Positions 1 through 10,432 are shown, numbered from the stretch's first letter. The stretch: 64,000 bases of DNA from an uncultured bacterium (GCA_964607485.1 CAZSKP010000006.1:11344-75343); one strand, 5' to 3'. Program-made: numbers and translations. The notes: generated from the letters alone by a model not told the origin.

Positions 1-68
1 CGCCTGTCAAGCCAATGGCTTGACAGGCGGGCGAGATCTCGCCAAAATTTGCCTTGCAAATTTTGGCG
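1..68. repeat. Palindromes directly 3' of the tRNA
   Basis: CGCCTGTCAAGCCA-A-TGGCTTGACAGGCG (1-29), GCGAGATCTCGC (31-42), CGCCAAAATTTGC-CTT-GCAAATTTTGGCG (40-68). Confidence 0.85.
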
Positions 69-159
69 GAGAGGGAGGGATTCGAACCCCCGAGGCGAGT
101 TTTATCCCACCTAACCGCTTTCGAGGCGGTCGCTTTCAACCAGGCTCAGCCACCTCTCC
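64..159 (-). tRNA. tRNA-Ser (anticodon CGA)
   Basis: Reverse complement reads GGAGAGGTGGCTGAGCCTGGTTGAAAGCG-ACCGC CT CGA AA GCGGT-long variable arm-GGGGGTTCGAATCCCT-CCCTCTCC-GCCA: acceptor stem, T-loop GTTCGAATC, class II variable arm and encoded CCA. Confidence 0.95.
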
Positions 160-190
160 ATGAACACGTGGCGCCCCCGGCGCATGTGAC

Positions 191-218
191 ATTATAGCAT
201 CTTTTCCGAAAGTTTCAA
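191..218 (-). promoter_or_regulatory. sigma70 promoter for tRNA-Ser
   Basis: Minus strand TTGAAA-16 nt-TATAAT with TGn extension, followed by GC-rich sequence, about 30 nt upstream of the tRNA. Confidence 0.65.
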
Positions 219-310
219 CCCGCAAGGGTCACGGGCGAAGTCGCAAGTGGGCTGGGTCGATCAAGAAGGGATTCATCAGGGCCGGGGCGGGGTTTTCCCC
301 AAATCTGCGA

Positions 311-1393
311 TTACCTCGGTGGGTTACACACAGGACACGGTCCATATCCTCCTGCCTTGGCATTTTTCAGTGAGATCGCTCTCTTGTTTTTCAACAAATA
401 CCGACATCCCGCCCGATGGTATTTGCCTCCGGTCTCGGTTATGTAAACCGTGACTTCATCCTCATCCCATATTTCATCACCGTCCGATGAATCCGGTATG
501 AGGGGATAGCCTGTTGGACTGCTTGTTAATCGTTCGCCGCATTCTATTGCATCTTTTTCGTCGTTATAGACTTCAAGCCAGGCGCGCCATTCCTTCTCAA
601 GTGTTTGCAGTTCCCTGTTATATCTTCTGTATTCTCTCTCAAAGTCAGCTCCTGAAGCCCCCTCCCGACGGTTGATTTCATCCCAGTTTTGCCCGTGGCG
701 AGTATGAATTTCCTCCTTCTTCAGGTCGTATTCATCAAGTTTTTCGCGACGCATGTCCTCGAGTGCTTCCAGTTGTTCGTTAATGATTTCATCTGGTGTC
801 TTTGCGTCGCGGTTCCCGCTATCCAGGGGAAGGGTTTCAGGCTCTCTTATCGGGTTTGACGCAACCGGATCGGGTTTGGAGGGCGCCCAAAGACCTTTCT
901 CGGCGACCGCGGCGGACCGCCCATAGAAGCGGAATAGTTCCATGTACTGGAAAGGATATTGAGCGTAGACACGCCCGTACCCTTGCCTTATGATTTCCAG
1001 ATTCACGAAAAGGCCATCCGGTGCCCGGAAGAGATATGCCAGCAGTCTTCCATATTTGTCGAGGTTCGAAAGACCGGGTTCGTACTCGACATAGACTGAC
1101 TCTCCTGTCAAAAGGTTCTCGATAAACAGACTGGCTTCTACCCTATAGATTTCGGCTGGCTCTTGAAACGTTCTTGGTGTATCGACTCCAATAAGGCCTA
1201 CCTTGGTTTCTTTGCCGTCCATCAGCAGGACAGCGGTGTCGCCGTCAATAACGCGAACGACTTTGTAGGCCGTTGCGCCGGTGAAATCTTTTTGCGGAAT
1301 AGGGGGACAAGACTCCTGAGCCTGGACGAATCCAGCCAGGAGAAGGGTGAGGATGACTACGCTTAAGGGAACTGCTCGCCCTCGCGTACGCAT
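311..1393 (-). CDS. Secreted thermonuclease (SNase)-family protein with acidic coiled-coil insert and C-terminal Cys/His metal-binding domain; probably inactive
   Basis: Signal peptide; VVRVIDGDT, LIGVDTP, DKYGRLLAY, VNLEIIRQGYG, KGLW; C-terminal VYITETGGKYHRAGC..PCPVCNP. Confidence 0.85.
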   Translation of the reverse strand: MRTRGRAVPLSVVILTLLLAGFVQAQESCPPIPQKDFTGATAYKVVRVIDGDTAVLLMDGKETKVGLIGVDTPRTFQEPAEIYRVEASLFIENLLTGESVYVEYEPGLSNLDKYGRLLAYLFRAPDGLFVNLEIIRQGYGRVYAQYPFQYMELFRFYGRSAAVAEKGLWAPSKPDPVASNPIREPETLPLDSGNRDAKTPDEIINEQLEALEDMRREKLDEYDLKKEEIHTRHGQNWDEINRREGASGADFEREYRRYNRELQTLEKEWRAWLEVYNDEKDAIECGERLTSSPTGYPLIPDSSDGDEIWDEDEVTVYITETGGKYHRAGCRYLLKNKRAISLKNAKAGGYGPCPVCNPPR

Positions 1394-1553
1394 GACTGAG
1401 TTTCCTCTGCATGCTGGAGAGAATGCTCTTGGGCGAGAAAATCTTATCGCAGTAAATCCAGAAAGTCAAGGACGAGAGGCGGGGGACGAGCGAAATCGTA
1501 ACCGGGGCGGGTAGATCGACCAAGGAATCGCTGGGGCCGAGAGTAGATATTAA

Positions 1554-1624
1554 CCACCAAGACACCAAGGCACAAAGAAAAACCTTCCTTCTTTACTCTC
1601 TTGGTGTCTTGGTGGCTTGGTGGT
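1554..1624. repeat. Octamer-unit inverted repeat (REP-like)
   Basis: CCACCAAGACACCAAG (1554-1569) is the exact reverse complement of CTTGGTGTCTTGGTGG (1600-1615); both arms are built from 8-bp units. Confidence 0.75.
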
Positions 1625-1746
1625 GCAAATGTCAGCGGTGGAAAGTGCGAAGGGATGAACTGCCGATGAATAAGCGTTCAACGCAGACAAGGAAATCCGT
1701 GGGGATATGTGTAACCAGTGGCTGAGAATGCGAGGTTCCTCGCTGC

Positions 1747-2592
1747 TCAGGCGTATGAGTGGAGGCCTGAGAGGATGAAGTTGACGCCGAAATAGGTGAA
1801 TATGACGGCGAGGAAGCCGACAATGGAGCACACGGCGTTGAATGTGTTTATGTCTTTAATGCCGAACCTGCCGGATACGTACTTGAAGTGGATCATTATC
1901 GCGTAGATAATCCATGTGATGAGCGACCACGTCTCCTTCGGGTCCCAGCTCCAGTATGTCCCCCACGCCTCGTTGGCCCACACTGCGCCCGTGATTATCC
2001 CTATCCCGAGGAAGAGGAATCCGAAGCGGACGGCCTCGTAATTGAAAGATTGCAGCGTTCTGATGATCTCTTTCGGGGCCTCCGCCGCTTTGTCCGGGGC
2101 CGAGCCCTTGCCCTGCGCCTTGAGTATCAGGTACACGATGCTTGCCGCAGCCGACACGGCGAACGCCGCGTAGCCGACGAAGCAGGTCATCACGTGATAC
2201 AGGAGCCAGTTGCTCTGGAGCGCGGGCATGAGTGGTTCAATTGTCTTGTCGAAGAACGAGGCGGCGGCGATGGCGAGCACTGCCAGAATGGCCGCGATTG
2301 CGCCGGCGATTCTGATCTTATAGACGCGTTCCAGCACGAGGTAGATGAGCGCGATGGACCATGCGAACAGTATGAGCGATTCATACATGTTGCTGAACGG
2401 GGGCCGCTGAGCCAGGTCCCAGCGGATGAGTATCGCGATGGTCATCAGCACAAGTCCCACCAACATCGAAAGGGACCCTGCGTATCCGAGTATCTTGCGC
2501 GCGTTTTCGCTCTTCATGAAGTTGTCGATCACATAGACGAATGAGGCGACTATGAAGGTGAGGAACGAGTAGTTTATTAAAGTACCGCTCAT
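1747..2592 (-). CDS. ccsA: Cytochrome c biogenesis protein CcsA (system II, WWD domain)
   Basis: PFSNMYES, LMPALQSNWL..H, GAVWANEAWGTYWSWDPKETW, C-terminal GLHSY; multiple TM segments. Confidence 0.95.
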   Translation of the reverse strand: MSGTLINYSFLTFIVASFVYVIDNFMKSENARKILGYAGSLSMLVGLVLMTIAILIRWDLAQRPPFSNMYESLILFAWSIALIYLVLERVYKIRIAGAIAAILAVLAIAAASFFDKTIEPLMPALQSNWLLYHVMTCFVGYAAFAVSAAASIVYLILKAQGKGSAPDKAAEAPKEIIRTLQSFNYEAVRFGFLFLGIGIITGAVWANEAWGTYWSWDPKETWSLITWIIYAIMIHFKYVSGRFGIKDINTFNAVCSIVGFLAVIFTYFGVNFILSGLHSYA

Positions 2593-2652
2593 GGTTGTTC
2601 TCCCATTACTTTCAGCATGTGCTTCAGGAACCCGCCGGGGGTTCCGACAAGG

Positions 2653-4452
2653 TCACGCCGGTGATTTTTTCGCCTTTCTCACCAAAGGATTTATGTAGAA
2701 TATTATTATCATTCCCAGTATCTGCATCGAGAAACCCGCGTACACCAGCGGCACTCCCGGGTCCTTCTTTATCTCCAACCCGCTCCAGCTCAAGGCCTCA
2801 GTGTCGTAAGAGTTCTGATAAAACGAATAGCCCTTGTAACGAAGCGGGTCGTTCACCTCGATTTTCTTCTCTTCGACCATGCTGCCGCCGTCGATTATCT
2901 GCAGGATGCTGTAAAAATCCCGTATCGTGTTTTCGCTTGAGAACAGCATCTTGTAGCCGTCCACGTCCGCGGGAGCTCCCTGCCAGAGGTCATACGATTT
3001 CGACGGACGGCCGCGCTGCTTGACCGACACCTCCATCGCGGCGCGGTTGGACCTGTCGGGACGGCTCTCTATGTTCCGCACCATGTTGGCATTTTCGAAG
3101 AGTCTATCCACCACAATACCGTAGCTTGTTCCTTCGATCCCGATCGGTTGGCCGAGCTCGACATCGGTCTTCGCAACCAGCTTGCCCTCGCGAATCTGAG
3201 CGAGAACAGGCTTGCCGCTTGCCGGGTCGAGCAGGAGAGCGAAGTCCGAGATGCCGCCAAGAAGGTCGTTTCTCCCGTACCGGATTTGAATGGGGGCGTC
3301 GCTCATCGTGTGTGCGCCGGGGAACCTCGAGAAAAGCCACATCTCCTTCGAGCCCGATGGGCCCGTTATCCTTACCTGAACGGCGGGATTGTTGGGAGAA
3401 TTCGACCTCGAGGTAATCTGACGCGTGTTCGTGTCTATCACAAAGTCGGGCACATACCTCAACACTTCCACCGAGTAGTCGGAGCCCTCGATGTTGAATT
3501 TGGAGCCGACCTGCGCGGGGTACGTCTTCGGAGTGCTCTCGCCCGTGACGGTGACCTCCAGCCGGTCGTTCGATTTGGACAGCGCTATGACCTTTCGCAC
3601 TTGCTCGTCAATCGATTCGCCGCTTGCCAGTTTTATGTACCCGACGCCAAGGTGCGCCCGTTCGAGCACATAAGGACGTTCCAACTGGGAAAGCGCAAAC
3701 CCTCGCCACTCCGCGCCCTCGCCTGTGATGTGGAATTCCATCGCGGGGATGCCCGTCGGCTCGGGGCCTTCGGTGAGCGAAGTCACCGTGACCGCGTTGG
3801 GGATGACGCGGTCCACGTGAACGGAGCCGGCAAGCTCGGGCCTTATGCCCACCAGCGATGCGAGTCCCACCCAACTCGGCTGGGGAAGCGGGACGCTTTT
3901 CCCTTCCTCGACCTTATAGCTTTCCTGTCGATTGGTCTTCACGTCGAGCATCAGCAGCTTATCGGTAGGCTCGGCATACTTGTCCAGAATGAAATCGACC
4001 AACTTTACATCGAAGGGCAGCGTTTCCATCGTGCTGGTCGCCTGTCCGACCCTCATCTGGTCGGTGGTCTCGCCCTCCCTGATGATCATGAATCCCTTCA
4101 CTCCGAGAATGGCGCCCGAAAGCGCGCCCACCAAGATGAGCAGCAGCCCGAAGTGGGTCAGCATCATTCCGAGGCGGTTCCACCTCAGCTTGAAACGGTT
4201 AAGCGTGCATGCAAAGGTATTGAGGCCGAGCAGGACCAGCAGAATGATGAAGCGAAGGTCGTGGTAGATATCGTAAAAGCCGAGGTATCGGAAGATGCCG
4301 TTCCAGACAGGCCCGTAGATTTCGGCGTATTTGCTCGGGTCGGGCGCGTTCTGTTGAATGATCGTGCCGATGATGGATGGTATAAGTATAAGGACGAATA
4401 GAACTACCGTCAGTTTTACCGAGCAAAAGAATTTCCAGACTTTCTTTATCAT
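2653..4452 (-). CDS. resB: Cytochrome c biogenesis protein ResB/CcsB with a large periplasmic region
   Basis: SVKLTV..L..IIGTIIQQ, LTHFGLLLILVG, IEVNDPLRYKGYSFYQ, KDPGVPLVYAG; adjacent to ccsA. Confidence 0.9.
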   Translation of the reverse strand: MIKKVWKFFCSVKLTVVLFVLILIPSIIGTIIQQNAPDPSKYAEIYGPVWNGIFRYLGFYDIYHDLRFIILLVLLGLNTFACTLNRFKLRWNRLGMMLTHFGLLLILVGALSGAILGVKGFMIIREGETTDQMRVGQATSTMETLPFDVKLVDFILDKYAEPTDKLLMLDVKTNRQESYKVEEGKSVPLPQPSWVGLASLVGIRPELAGSVHVDRVIPNAVTVTSLTEGPEPTGIPAMEFHITGEGAEWRGFALSQLERPYVLERAHLGVGYIKLASGESIDEQVRKVIALSKSNDRLEVTVTGESTPKTYPAQVGSKFNIEGSDYSVEVLRYVPDFVIDTNTRQITSRSNSPNNPAVQVRITGPSGSKEMWLFSRFPGAHTMSDAPIQIRYGRNDLLGGISDFALLLDPASGKPVLAQIREGKLVAKTDVELGQPIGIEGTSYGIVVDRLFENANMVRNIESRPDRSNRAAMEVSVKQRGRPSKSYDLWQGAPADVDGYKMLFSSENTIRDFYSILQIIDGGSMVEEKKIEVNDPLRYKGYSFYQNSYDTEALSWSGLEIKKDPGVPLVYAGFSMQILGMIIIFYINPLVRKAKKSPA

Positions 4453-4816
4453 TTCATCTCCAAGTTAAGGCATTCTATTATAGCACAGCGCTCACGCCTC
4501 AGGTAAGTCCCACCGTGTGGCCATCCGCGACATACGTGCTTTAGTTTGCAAAGAGGCTGCCAACGGGGCGTGGGACTGGGCCGCCCGGCGATATGCATTG
4601 TTGTTCAACCACTTAGGACGCACCCGCCCGGACGGGCCCCCTCGCGCAGGAACGGGGAGCATGTCTGTCTTTATTCATTCGATTGCTCGTTTTCAGTCAT
4701 TCCGGCACTATGTGACAGGTCAGTTGATATCCTAAAATCTCTCTCTTGACGATGATTCCATTAGGAGATGCGAACGACGGGGATTTCCATTTCCGACAAG
4801 AGGGGGGCGTATTGGA

Positions 4817-5812
4817 CTATCTCTCCCGTGCTACGATATAGTCGCAGAGGTCGATCATGGATTTCTTGTATTCCGATTCAGGAAATACGTCAAGCGCCTG
4901 TTTCGCGCGTGAGGTGAAATCGCGGGCGACTTCTGTGCAGTACTCATCGGCTGCGTAGGCGCGAATGCTCTCGCACAGCCACGATTTGTCGTTTTCGCCC
5001 AGACGGTGCTCGCGGAGGATTCCCTTTATCCTGTCGGCGTCGCTTCCGTCCATGCGGTTCAACAGACATATCGTCGGCAGGGTGGCCTTTCCGTCGCCGA
5101 TGTCGCAGAGTATCGGCTTGCCCAGTCGTTCCTCATCCGCGACGAAGTCGAGCAGGTCGTCCACGATCTGGAACGCCATGCCGAAATTGTGGCCGAAGAC
5201 GCGCATCGCCTCGGCGGTTTCGTGAGGCGCCCCCAGCGCCTGAACCGGCATCTTGCACACGGCTCCCATCAACGAGCTTGTCTTGTGCTGGATGACGGTG
5301 TAGTAGTCGTCCTCGCCTATTATTCCGTTGGCGCACGCGGTAACCTGATGCAGCTCGCCTTGCGACATATCCTTGACGGCGTTCATTATCGTGCGTATCA
5401 CGTCGGCGTTGCGATATTCGCTGAGGATATACAGCGCCTGGGATATGATGTAGTCTCCCAGGAGGACGGCCACCTTATTGTGCCAGCGGGCGTTGACGGA
5501 TTGAACCCCTCGGCGCACCTTCGCGCCGTCCACGACGTCGTCGTGGATAAGGCTGGCAAAGTGCGTCATCTCGCTCGCCACCGCGACGTCGATAAGCGCC
5601 GAGCTTCCGTTTGCCTCGACCGACAATCCTGCCAACAGCGCCAGCGCGGGGCGAATCTGCTTGCCCTCGACGACGGTCTTCTCGAACCCTATTCCCCTGA
5701 TGAGACCAAAAGCACCTCGGAGGTGCCTGGTCAAATTCTTCCTGACCGCTACCAGTTCCTCCGCTATCGGCTGGTAGATACTGGTGAGGCTCAAATCCTG
5801 TGAAAGCTGCAT
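4817..5812 (-). CDS. Polyprenyl diphosphate synthase (IspB/HepT-like)
   Basis: GKQIRP, ASLIHDDVVD, RRG, AVLLGD, KT, AFQIVDDLLD (two DDxxD motifs). Confidence 0.93.
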   Translation of the reverse strand: MQLSQDLSLTSIYQPIAEELVAVRKNLTRHLRGAFGLIRGIGFEKTVVEGKQIRPALALLAGLSVEANGSSALIDVAVASEMTHFASLIHDDVVDGAKVRRGVQSVNARWHNKVAVLLGDYIISQALYILSEYRNADVIRTIMNAVKDMSQGELHQVTACANGIIGEDDYYTVIQHKTSSLMGAVCKMPVQALGAPHETAEAMRVFGHNFGMAFQIVDDLLDFVADEERLGKPILCDIGDGKATLPTICLLNRMDGSDADRIKGILREHRLGENDKSWLCESIRAYAADEYCTEVARDFTSRAKQALDVFPESEYKKSMIDLCDYIVARER

Positions 5813-5964
5813 GAACTATCTCCGCTTCTGCTCGGCGTTCGAATCTCGAATCTTTCAAATGTCAGAGAGGCCTCCGACAGTCGCTCCTTCTTATTCACGG
5901 TCGGTTTTGCGCACAATCTTACCATATGCCGGCAAGGCACGTCAACGAAACACGGCGGACGCGG

Positions 5965-7353
5965 TCATCGGCTGATCATATGGATCGCCTGCTTGTGCAC
6001 GTCTTCATCCGCCTCATGTATGCTCTCTGAGAGCGTGGGGTGCGCGTGAATCATTTCGGCGATTTGGTCAACGGTCACTCCGGCGTGCACGGCGAGCACC
6101 ATTTCGTGGATGATGTCCGTCACGCCTGGGCCTATCATGCTTGCGCCGAGCACCTTTTCGGTCTTTTTGTCGGCCACCACTTTCACGAATCCCGTCGTGT
6201 CCTCGAGTATCATCGCCTTTCCAAGCGCCGTGAACCGAAACTTGCCGGTGGCGACATCGTGGCCCGCCTCGACGGCCTCGCTTTCCTTCATGCCCACAGT
6301 GGCTATCTCGGGCCGCGTGTACACGCAGTTGGGCACCGCCTGGTAAGAGAAGGTGCGCGAGCCGCCCAGCGCATTGGCCGCGGCCACGGTGCCCTGCGCG
6401 CTGGCGACGTGAGCGAGCATCACGGTCCCGAGAACGTCGCCCACGGCATACACGCCGGGCACGTTCGTCTCCATCTTCTCGTTGACCGTTATCCGGCCCT
6501 TCTCGCCGCACTCGACGCCCGCTTCTTCAAGCCCCACACCTTTTGACACGACCGAACGCCCGACGCAGACAAGCGCCTTCTCGGCCTCGATGGATTCGCC
6601 CGATTCGGTCTTCGCCGTCACCCTTCCGTCGGAGACATCCATCTCCGTGATTTTCGTGTTGGTCATCACCTTTATGCCGCGACTCTTGAATTGGCTCTTG
6701 AGCGTTTGCGCGATCTCTTTCTCCTCGGTGGGAACGAGCTGCGGAAGCAGTTCCACGAGCGTTACCTCGGACCCGAAATCGCGGAACATGCTCGCGAACT
6801 CACAGCCGACGTATGCGCCGCCGATGATGAGTATCGACTTGGGAATCTCCGTGAGCTCCAGAGCTTCGTCGCTGGTGATGCAGTTCACGCCGTCCACTTT
6901 GAACATGTCGGGCTTCATCACCGTCGAACCGGTTGCGATGATTATGTTTTCGGATTCCCCTTTGGCCTGGCCCTGGGGGAGCGTCACTCCGACTCGGCGC
7001 TCGCCGAGCAGCTTGCCCTCGCCGTGAACGTATTCGATCTTGTGCGCTTTCAGGAGGCTGTGCACCCCCTTGACAAGCCTCTGAACGATTGCGTTCTTGC
7101 GCTCGAAAGCTTTGACATAATTGAGCTTAGGTTCGCCGACGCTGACGCCGAACTTCTCCGCCTCCCTCGCCTTTGAGAGCAGGTCGGCGGTGGCAAGAAG
7201 CGCCTTTGTTGGGATGCAACCTCTCAGCAGGCAGGTTCCTCCGACCTCGTCCCGCTCTATCAGGGCCACGCGCGCGCCTAACTGGGCGGCCCTGATTGCG
7301 GCGACGTAACCTCCGGTGCCCGCTCCTATTATGCTCACATCAAACTTTTCCAT
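5965..7353 (-). CDS. lpdA: Dihydrolipoyl dehydrogenase
   Basis: IIGAGTGGYVAAIRAAQLG, redox disulfide GGTCLLRGCIP, C-terminal HAHPTLSE. Confidence 0.95.
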   Translation of the reverse strand: MEKFDVSIIGAGTGGYVAAIRAAQLGARVALIERDEVGGTCLLRGCIPTKALLATADLLSKAREAEKFGVSVGEPKLNYVKAFERKNAIVQRLVKGVHSLLKAHKIEYVHGEGKLLGERRVGVTLPQGQAKGESENIIIATGSTVMKPDMFKVDGVNCITSDEALELTEIPKSILIIGGAYVGCEFASMFRDFGSEVTLVELLPQLVPTEEKEIAQTLKSQFKSRGIKVMTNTKITEMDVSDGRVTAKTESGESIEAEKALVCVGRSVVSKGVGLEEAGVECGEKGRITVNEKMETNVPGVYAVGDVLGTVMLAHVASAQGTVAAANALGGSRTFSYQAVPNCVYTRPEIATVGMKESEAVEAGHDVATGKFRFTALGKAMILEDTTGFVKVVADKKTEKVLGASMIGPGVTDIIHEMVLAVHAGVTVDQIAEMIHAHPTLSESIHEADEDVHKQAIHMISR

Positions 7354-7506
7354 CGCCTTCGTTTCTCCGGGTCGTGCGGCTGGTACGTGGTTGCCTTGAG
7401 GACAGCAGTCAGGAAGAGTATAACATCAAAAACGGCGCTAATCTAGCACAAATCGCCTTCCAAAGTCAAGGCGCGGGGAACGAGGAATTTCGCCGCGTGG
7501 ATCGAA

Positions 7507-8853
7507 TCAATCGGCGCAGAATCGTTCCTGCGATTCCTCGAGGGTTTCCCTGAGCACGGCCGTGCACTGGTCGATCTGTTCCTCGGTAATGATGAAGGGC
7601 GGGGCAATCATGATATGGTCGCCCCGGCCCTGCTCGTCCTCGTAGTAGCCGGGATAGAAGAACACGCCCTTCATCATGCATTGCATGATGATGTCCATCT
7701 TGGCGTTCTTTTCCCTGGGAAGCGGCTCCTTTGTTTCCTTGTCTTTTACGAGCTCGACCGCCCACAGCATCCCCTTGCCGCGGATGTCGCCCACTATGGG
7801 AAGCGAATCGAGCTGGAGCAGGCTTTCGTGGAGGTAATTCCCCATCTGCCCGGCGCGCGCAATCAGGTTTTCTTTCTCGATGATCCGCTGCACCTCGTTG
7901 CCGACGGCGCATGAGAGCGGATGGGCCGAGAACGTGTACAGGTGCTGGAACTCCACTTCCTTCTCCTCGAAGAGTGAGACGAGTTCGTCTCTGACCGCCA
8001 TGCCCGCCAACGGCGCGTATCCGCTGCTTGCCCCCTTGGCGAATGTGGCGATGTCGGGCACCGTGTTGAAGTTGTCCATGCCCATGTTCCTGCCCGTTCG
8101 GCCGAATCCGGTTATTACCTCGTCGGCGATGAATATGACGTTGTATTTGTCGCACGTCTCCCGAATGATGGGGAAATATTCGGGCGGCGGGACGGCCGCC
8201 CCGGCGGCGGCGCCGACGACCGGCTCGGCAATGAACGCGGAGACCGTGTCGGGCCCTTCGGCACGGATTACCTCTTCGAGGTCCTGCGCGCAATCGATAT
8301 CGCAGCCGGGGTACTCCTTTCCGTAGGCGCACCGATAACAGTAGCACGGCTCGACGCGCGGATTGTCCCACAGCATCGGGATGAAATCGGCCCTGCGTTT
8401 CTTGATGTCGCTGAACGAGAGAGTCGCCAGTGTCATTCCGTGGTAGCTGAGGTTTCGGGTGATAACCTTGTATTTGGATTCCCTTCCGGCCACCACGTGG
8501 TACTGACGCGCGAACTTGATTGCCGCCTCGTTCGCCTCCGAGCCGCCGGAGCAGTAGTATATTCGGCTGAGCTCTTTGGGCATGATTTTCTTGATTCGCT
8601 TCGTGAGCTCTATCCTGGCTTCCGACGCGAATACCGGCAGGACGTATGACACCTGCTCCAATTGCCTTTTTGCCGCCTCGGCGACCTCCTTGCGGCCATG
8701 GCCGATGTTGACCGCCATCGGCCCGCCGGAGGCGTCGATTATCTGCCGGCCATAGGAGTCGTGCAGATACACGCCCTCGGTTTTCGTGATGAGGATGGGC
8801 GGCACGTGCGGCTCGCGGTAGAACATGTTCGCGATGACTTCCTGCATCTCCAT
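7507..8853 (-). CDS. Class III PLP aminotransferase
   Basis: SGGSEANE, SYHG, AFIAEPVVG, IADEVITGFGRTG, PDIATFAKG (PLP Lys). Confidence 0.93.
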   Translation of the reverse strand: MEMQEVIANMFYREPHVPPILITKTEGVYLHDSYGRQIIDASGGPMAVNIGHGRKEVAEAAKRQLEQVSYVLPVFASEARIELTKRIKKIMPKELSRIYYCSGGSEANEAAIKFARQYHVVAGRESKYKVITRNLSYHGMTLATLSFSDIKKRRADFIPMLWDNPRVEPCYCYRCAYGKEYPGCDIDCAQDLEEVIRAEGPDTVSAFIAEPVVGAAAGAAVPPPEYFPIIRETCDKYNVIFIADEVITGFGRTGRNMGMDNFNTVPDIATFAKGASSGYAPLAGMAVRDELVSLFEEKEVEFQHLYTFSAHPLSCAVGNEVQRIIEKENLIARAGQMGNYLHESLLQLDSLPIVGDIRGKGMLWAVELVKDKETKEPLPREKNAKMDIIMQCMMKGVFFYPGYYEDEQGRGDHIMIAPPFIITEEQIDQCTAVLRETLEESQERFCAD

Positions 8854-8926
8854 ATTCTTAACCTCCCTTGATTCGGAGACAGCGTTCGCATGTTTGTTTC
8901 AGAACCGGGTGCTTGCTATGAATGCA

Positions 8927-9958
8927 TTACGGGTACAACCTGGGAGTCTGGCTTATGCCGAGCATCTCCCGCGCCTGCGCCGGCGTGGCAACCTCGCGGT
9001 TCAACTCGTGGATCAGGCGCACGGCCCTCTCGACCAGTTGGGCGTTGCTCTCGGCCTTTTCCCCGCGGCGATAGTACACGTTGTCTTCCATGCCGACGCG
9101 TATATGGCCTCCCATTATCAGGCTCAGGGTGATGATGGGGAGTTCCAGCGAGCCTGTCCCGATGGCCGAGAAGAGGGACTTGGGAGGCATGTTGGCAATC
9201 ATATCCATCGCCGACATGACGGTTGGAGGACTGCAGGCGCCGTCCTGCCCGAAGACCAATTGGCACCAGTAGGGCGGCTCGAGCAGTTTTCGGGCGATGA
9301 GGTTGTCCACGAACCACCAGCTCTGACTGTTGAAGACCTCCAGTTCCGGCTTGATGTCGCTCGCCTTCATGGCGCGGGCGAACTTCTCGGTCTTCGTGTA
9401 GCCGAGCATGTCGACGCCCTCGTACTGGAGCGTCTTCTCATCTATGACGGTCAGCCCTCTTCCCTTCAAGAACTCGAGCGTGCTTTCGTCCGGGTCGGAG
9501 AGGGGAAAAGGGGATTTCACCCTCATGCGCATGTAGAGCATGCCCACGTCGAGGGATGCGACCTCGGGTTTGCAGTCGGCAAAGAACTTGTTGATGACCT
9601 CTTCGTCGTCTTCCTTGAACATGCCCGAGCACGTGTTGTTGATGATGAGGTCGGGACATCGTTCTCGGATAAGATGGTTTGCCCTGTAGAAGTCCTCCGC
9701 GTTGCTGGAGTTGGTCGCATAGTTCATGTTGGGATCGCGCGCGTGGATGTGCACCATGCTTGCGCCTGCCTTGTATGCCTCGTACGCCGAGTCCGCCTGT
9801 TCCTCGGGCGTTTCGGGCAGGTTCGGGTTCGCCGCCTTTCCGTGTACCCCGCCGGTTATGGCGCAGGTGACGATGACCGGCGGCCATTTCGTGAAATGCT
9901 CGCGCCACTCCCGATTGTCGGTGAATCTCCAACTCGTGTCCTCAAGGTCAAGAGACAT
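8927..9958 (-). CDS. Beta-keto acid cleavage enzyme (BKACE/DUF849, Kce family)
   Basis: VIVTCAITGG, NPNLPETPEE, AGASMVHIHAR (Zn HxH), PELEVF, GGHIRVGMEDN, REVATPAQAREMLG. Confidence 0.92.
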   Translation of the reverse strand: MSLDLEDTSWRFTDNREWREHFTKWPPVIVTCAITGGVHGKAANPNLPETPEEQADSAYEAYKAGASMVHIHARDPNMNYATNSSNAEDFYRANHLIRERCPDLIINNTCSGMFKEDDEEVINKFFADCKPEVASLDVGMLYMRMRVKSPFPLSDPDESTLEFLKGRGLTVIDEKTLQYEGVDMLGYTKTEKFARAMKASDIKPELEVFNSQSWWFVDNLIARKLLEPPYWCQLVFGQDGACSPPTVMSAMDMIANMPPKSLFSAIGTGSLELPIITLSLIMGGHIRVGMEDNVYYRRGEKAESNAQLVERAVRLIHELNREVATPAQAREMLGISQTPRLYP

Positions 9959-9988
9959 TATTCCATTTCTCCTTATGCTCTTGAATGT

Positions 9989-10432
9989 TCACACGCTCTC
10001 GATGAACTCCAGTATGATGGGCTTTGTGTCCATGTATGCGTAACGTCGAAGGCCCTGCCCCCTCTGGAGCACGCCAATTCCCTTCGCGCGGAATTTTTCG
10101 ATCTCTCCCTCGAAGTCCGAAACATAGATGCCGAGGTGATGTATTCCCTCGCCGTTACGCTTGAGGAAATCGACGTGGACCGAAGGCCCTTCCTTTATCT
10201 CGATAAGCTCCAGTTGGATGGGCCCCAACTGCGCCAACGCCAGCTTGCCCTTGACCATGATCTCGCGCCCGTCGGCCAGCGTCGCGGGCGCCTCGCCCTC
10301 GGCAACGGCGAACGTTCCCTTTCCAAAAAACATCTCGTAGTATTCGACGCACTTATCAACGTCGCGCACCACCACTCCGATCTGGTCGATGGAGCCGATG
10401 GGCGCGTCGTTCGATTTGTCTGCGGGTTCCAT
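9989..10432 (-). CDS. VOC/glyoxalase family protein (methylmalonyl-CoA epimerase-like)
   Basis: IDQIGVVVRD, QLELIE, GEGIHHLG, AYMDT, ILEFIE. Confidence 0.85.
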   Translation of the reverse strand: MEPADKSNDAPIGSIDQIGVVVRDVDKCVEYYEMFFGKGTFAVAEGEAPATLADGREIMVKGKLALAQLGPIQLELIEIKEGPSVHVDFLKRNGEGIHHLGIYVSDFEGEIEKFRAKGIGVLQRGQGLRRYAYMDTKPIILEFIESV

